Shown one piece after another: positions 59,870-64,000 of a stretch of DNA of 64,000 nt. A program made the translations under genes and the position numbers. The notes beneath the pieces were generated by a model. It had not been told where the DNA came from and did not search any database. It saw only the letters and a program-made list of their open reading frames with translations. Position 1 is the stretch's first letter. Each line of letters opens with the position of its first letter. The DNA is from Eledone cirrhosa (Eukaryota), in assembly GCA_964016885.1 (NCBI GenBank), contig OZ024747.1, positions 85,250,001 through 85,314,000 of the forward strand, given 5' to 3'.

Positions 59870-60719
59870 TATATAGATATGTACACAATTGTTGTGAGGA
59901 TGGTTAAGAAGTTCGTTTCGCAATCACTAGGATCCGGGTTCGATCCCACTGTATGGTATCTTGGACAAGTATCATTTACCATAGCCTCAGGTTGACCCAT
60001 GAAACTATCTGGAAACCCGTCGGGCGTACTCTACCTGTAATTCAAAGGGCTACCTTTGTCACACACTAACACGCTGAATCTCCCTGAGAATTACGTTAAA
60101 GAGACACGTGTGTGTGCTATTCTCCGTCATTTACACATTTTATGAGCAGGCTGTTTCGTTGAACATTCACCGTCGAAAACGACGGAGTTTCATTTTACAC
60201 ATATTTTCACACACATACACTCACATTCATACATACACACACATACACACACACTCATACACACAGAAAAGTATATACATTGATAGATGAACATACACAC
60301 ACACACTCATACACTTAGCTAGTCTGATATACACACTGACACATGTAGACAGAGATTCACACTTACACGCATATTCAGACACATACACACACACACGCAC
60401 ACACTCATACACACATACACACATACACACATACATACACACACACTATAAACACATACAATCACTGACTGAGAGACATATATAAATATCCATACACATC
60501 TTGAGAAACATACATACCATAGACGTCCACACACATACTCACATACACACACATACTTATACATGCACATACATATATAGACATACAGATATAGAGATAT
60601 AATAGACATATATATACATAGATAAATACACAAAGATCGATATAGACAAAGGTAGACATACACATACTTAGTCATATACAGGTTGAGATAGACATCCACA
60701 TACATAGACAGACACATAA

Positions 60720-60764
<45 letters not shown>

Positions 60765-61087
60765 ATGTATACATAAACATACATACAAACACACACAGAC
60801 ACACATGGATAGAAACACACACACACACACTGAGATATATAAACGTAGACACATATAAACATACACACACACACACGTAGACACACAGAGTCACATTTTT
60901 AGAAAAGACATACATAGACAGATATGTATACTCAGACAAGCATTTATACATAGACATACACAAGTAAACACATACACACACGAACACATACATACGTACG
61001 TACATACAAACATACGTACATACATACATACATACATACATACATACATACATACATACATACATACATACATACATACATACATAC

Positions 61088-61981
61088 AACAATAAAATAC
61101 TTAATGCACAATAGACAAACACCTAGATTTGATAACAGATTCGAACTCTGTAGAAAAAACATGGAAGATGTCACCCACATCATAAGTTATTGTCCAAAGA
61201 TGTCACCCACATCATAAGCTACTGTCCAAAGATGTCACCTACATCATAAGCTGCTGTCCAAAGATGTCACCCACATCATAAGCCACTGTCCAAAGATGTC
61301 ATCACTATCTACCTATGAAGTATGATGTAGTGGTAAAAACACTATACAATGCAATCCGCAAAAATGATAGCCCTGACAATAAGCATAAAAAGATACAGCA
61401 ATGTGGAGGACATATCCATACATAATATGTAAGAATACTGGTGGAATGTTCCAGTGAAAACCCCATCAAACTGCAAACATAACAGACCAGACATTGTGAT
61501 GTGGGACAGAGAAAAGAAGGCATTCACAGTAGTGGAAATCAGCTGCCCAGCTGATGTCTATATAATACTAAAGATTAGGGAAAAGGAGAACATTTATGCT
61601 GAACTAATGTGGAATCAGCAGATAATCCTCATGAACTATACCTTTAGATTTATACCTATGATAATTGGAGCTTTGGGATATGTTATTAACAACCTCAGAA
61701 CAAATCTTCAGAAGCTGGGCTTCACAGAACCAGAAAGGACACGGCTAGTTAGGAAGTTGCAAGTACAGTCCATTAATGGAACTGTAAATATACGTTAAAT
61801 ATTTAAGAAATTCAGAACGTAATAACTGCATATACACATATATAGATACAGAAACAAGCACGTGTACACATATGACTGAAAACATTCACAGAGACATACA
61901 TAGGTATTTACCTAGTTCATGTCTAAATTCTAATGTAAGAATCTTGTTTCTATGTCTCTCTATTGGTGAACAGTTATGAAA
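61088..61981 (+). mobile_element. Degenerate Dong/R4-like RLE retrotransposon, second subfamily
   Basis: HNRPDIVMWDREKKAFTVVEISCPAD. Frameshifts and an internal 32-bp x4 duplication. Preceded by (CATA)n; the 3' end is interrupted by a SINE and then (CATA)n. Confidence 0.8.
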
Positions 61982-62242
61982 TAATTGTTTCTACTTTTGA
62001 CACAAGGCCAGCAATTACTCCAGTGCATTACTGGTACTTTATTTTATCGACCCCGTAAGGATGAAAGGCAAAGTTAACCTCGGCGGGATTTGAACTCAGA
62101 ACATACATACATACATACATACATACATACATACATACATACATACATACATACATACATACATACATACTTACTTACATACATACATACATATATACAT
62201 ACATACTTACATACATACTTACATACATATATACATACATAC

Positions 62243-62273
<31 letters not shown>

Positions 62274-62325
62274 CATACATACATACATACATACATACAT
62301 ACATACATGCTTACATACATACATA

Positions 62326-63160
62326 ATCCAAGAACAGGAGATTAGCACGAAATACCTGATTCACAAAAGAGATAGGTATGCAGGCAAAACACCTAGATGT
62401 GATAACAAGTGCAGACTCTGCAGAACTAACATCGAGGATATCACCCATGTCATCAGCAGCTGTCCAAAGATGTCATCGCGGTACTATCTACCTATGAGGC
62501 ATGATGTAGTGGTCAAAACACTGTACAATGCAGTTCGTAAAAAAGATAGCCCCGATAATAAACACATTAAAAGCTACAACAATGTGGAAGACATCCATGT
62601 ACATAATATGACAGAGTACTGGTGGAATGTTCCAGTAAAAACCCCAATAAAATGTAGGCATAACAGACCAGATATTATGATATGGGACAGGGAGAAGAAA
62701 ACATGCACAGTAGTGGAAATTAGCTGCCCAGCAGATGCCAATATAATATCAAAGATTAGTGAAAAGGAGAATATTTATGCAGAACTGATGAGAAATCTGC
62801 AGATACTCCACCCTGATTACACCTTCAGATTTATGCCTGTGATTATTGGGGCACTGGGATATGTTAGTAACTGTACAATCCATTAATGGAACAGTAAAAA
62901 TATGTAAAACATTCCAAAAATGTTGCATCTAATAACTGCATATACACATGTACAGATACAAAGCATATACACATACACACATACAACTCAAAACATCCAC
63001 ATCCACACATACAATAACATCCATATCTACACATGCATGCATACATACATATCTACCTAGATGATGTTGTGTAAATTCCAATGAGTGAGTCTTGTGTCTA
63101 TGTTAGAAACCGACTCTCTCTCTATTGGTAAAAATTTGTGAAATTATAAAACCAGAAGAA
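62326..63160 (+). mobile_element. 5'-truncated Dong/R4-like non-LTR retrotransposon (CCHC plus restriction-like endonuclease)
   Basis: IQEQEISTKYL..CRLC..EDITHVISSC..RHD..EYWWN..HNRPDIMIWD..VVEISCP..K..IYAEL. Small internal deletion near 62870; (CATA)n on both sides. Confidence 0.85.
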
Positions 63161-63214
63161 CATACATACATACATACATACATACATACATACATACATA
63201 CATACATACATACA

Positions 63215-63247
<33 letters not shown>

Positions 63248-63248
<1 letters not shown>

Positions 63249-63466
63249 CCAACCCGCTTGGACCAATGTATAACTGAACTTGGATTTGCGGACAAAGAGC
63301 GCAGCTCCCTAATTCATAGTCTACAAATGGCTGCGATAGCTGGCACCTTCAAAATTTGCAAAACATTCTTGCGATTCAAGGGATGACAATTTCTTTTCTT
63401 TTAAATCCTTGCCACCAGGAAGGTGGCCGGTCAAAAAATATACTCGAAATTAAGAGAAAGAGATAA
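63248..63466 (+). mobile_element. 3' end of a third Dong/R4-like family
   Basis: PTRLDQCITELGFADKERSSLIHSLQMAAIAGTFKICKTFLRFKG* is homologous to LQKLGFTEPERTRLVRKLQVQSINGTV. Different 3' UTR; (CATA)n on both sides. Confidence 0.7.
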
Positions 63467-63492
63467 CATACATACATACATACATAAATACA

Positions 63493-63528
<36 letters not shown>

Positions 63529-63618
63529 CATACATACATATATACATACATATATACATACATTCATACATATATACATATATACATACATAAATACATA
63601 CATACATACATACATACA

Positions 63619-63652
<34 letters not shown>

Positions 63653-63662
63653 CATACATAAA

Positions 63663-63696
<34 letters not shown>

Positions 63697-64000
63697 CATA
63701 CATACATACATACAAACGTACATACATATATATACATACATACATATATACATACATATATACATTCATACATATATACATACATACATAGACATTGATA
63801 CATACATACATGTATACATACATACATGTATACATACATACATAGACGTAGATATAGAGGGTGAATGTGAGCCAATGATGGTGGGTTGAGAGGGGGGAGA
63901 TACAATAATCCAATATGGTGGTGTCTCACAGACTGGGATTGTCTGACGGAATGGGTCGATGCCAAATAAATAAACCTGAATTTATAAATAGTAAGTAGGA

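Overview
Animal genomic DNA that is AT-rich and saturated with microsatellites. The repeat landscape (tRNA-derived SINEs; RTE, Tx1, Dong/R4, CRE and Penelope retroelement remnants; very long (TA)n tracts) looks like an Octopus or other coleoid cephalopod genome, which is an inference. The only host gene I can support is the first coding exon of a midnolin (MIDN/stuxnet-like) ubiquitin-like-domain gene on the minus strand (34055-33604), apparently followed by an intron of more than 33 kb. Almost all other listed ORFs are microsatellite artefacts. The main hidden structure is a set of short sequence islands inside or beside (TA)n tracts that carry minimal type I hammerhead ribozymes of the Penelope-like (PLE) kind. 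I folded by eye about nine complete cores from at least seven unrelated families. Two of these families carry a compensatory U3-A8 core in place of C3-G8. Many further copies are fold-back palindromes whose axis lies in the ribozyme's own stem II or III. Other retroelement clades also appear sorted by microsatellite: Tx1-like in (TATC)n and Dong/R4-like in (CATA)n. All calls come from reading the sequence; no searches or folding programs were run.
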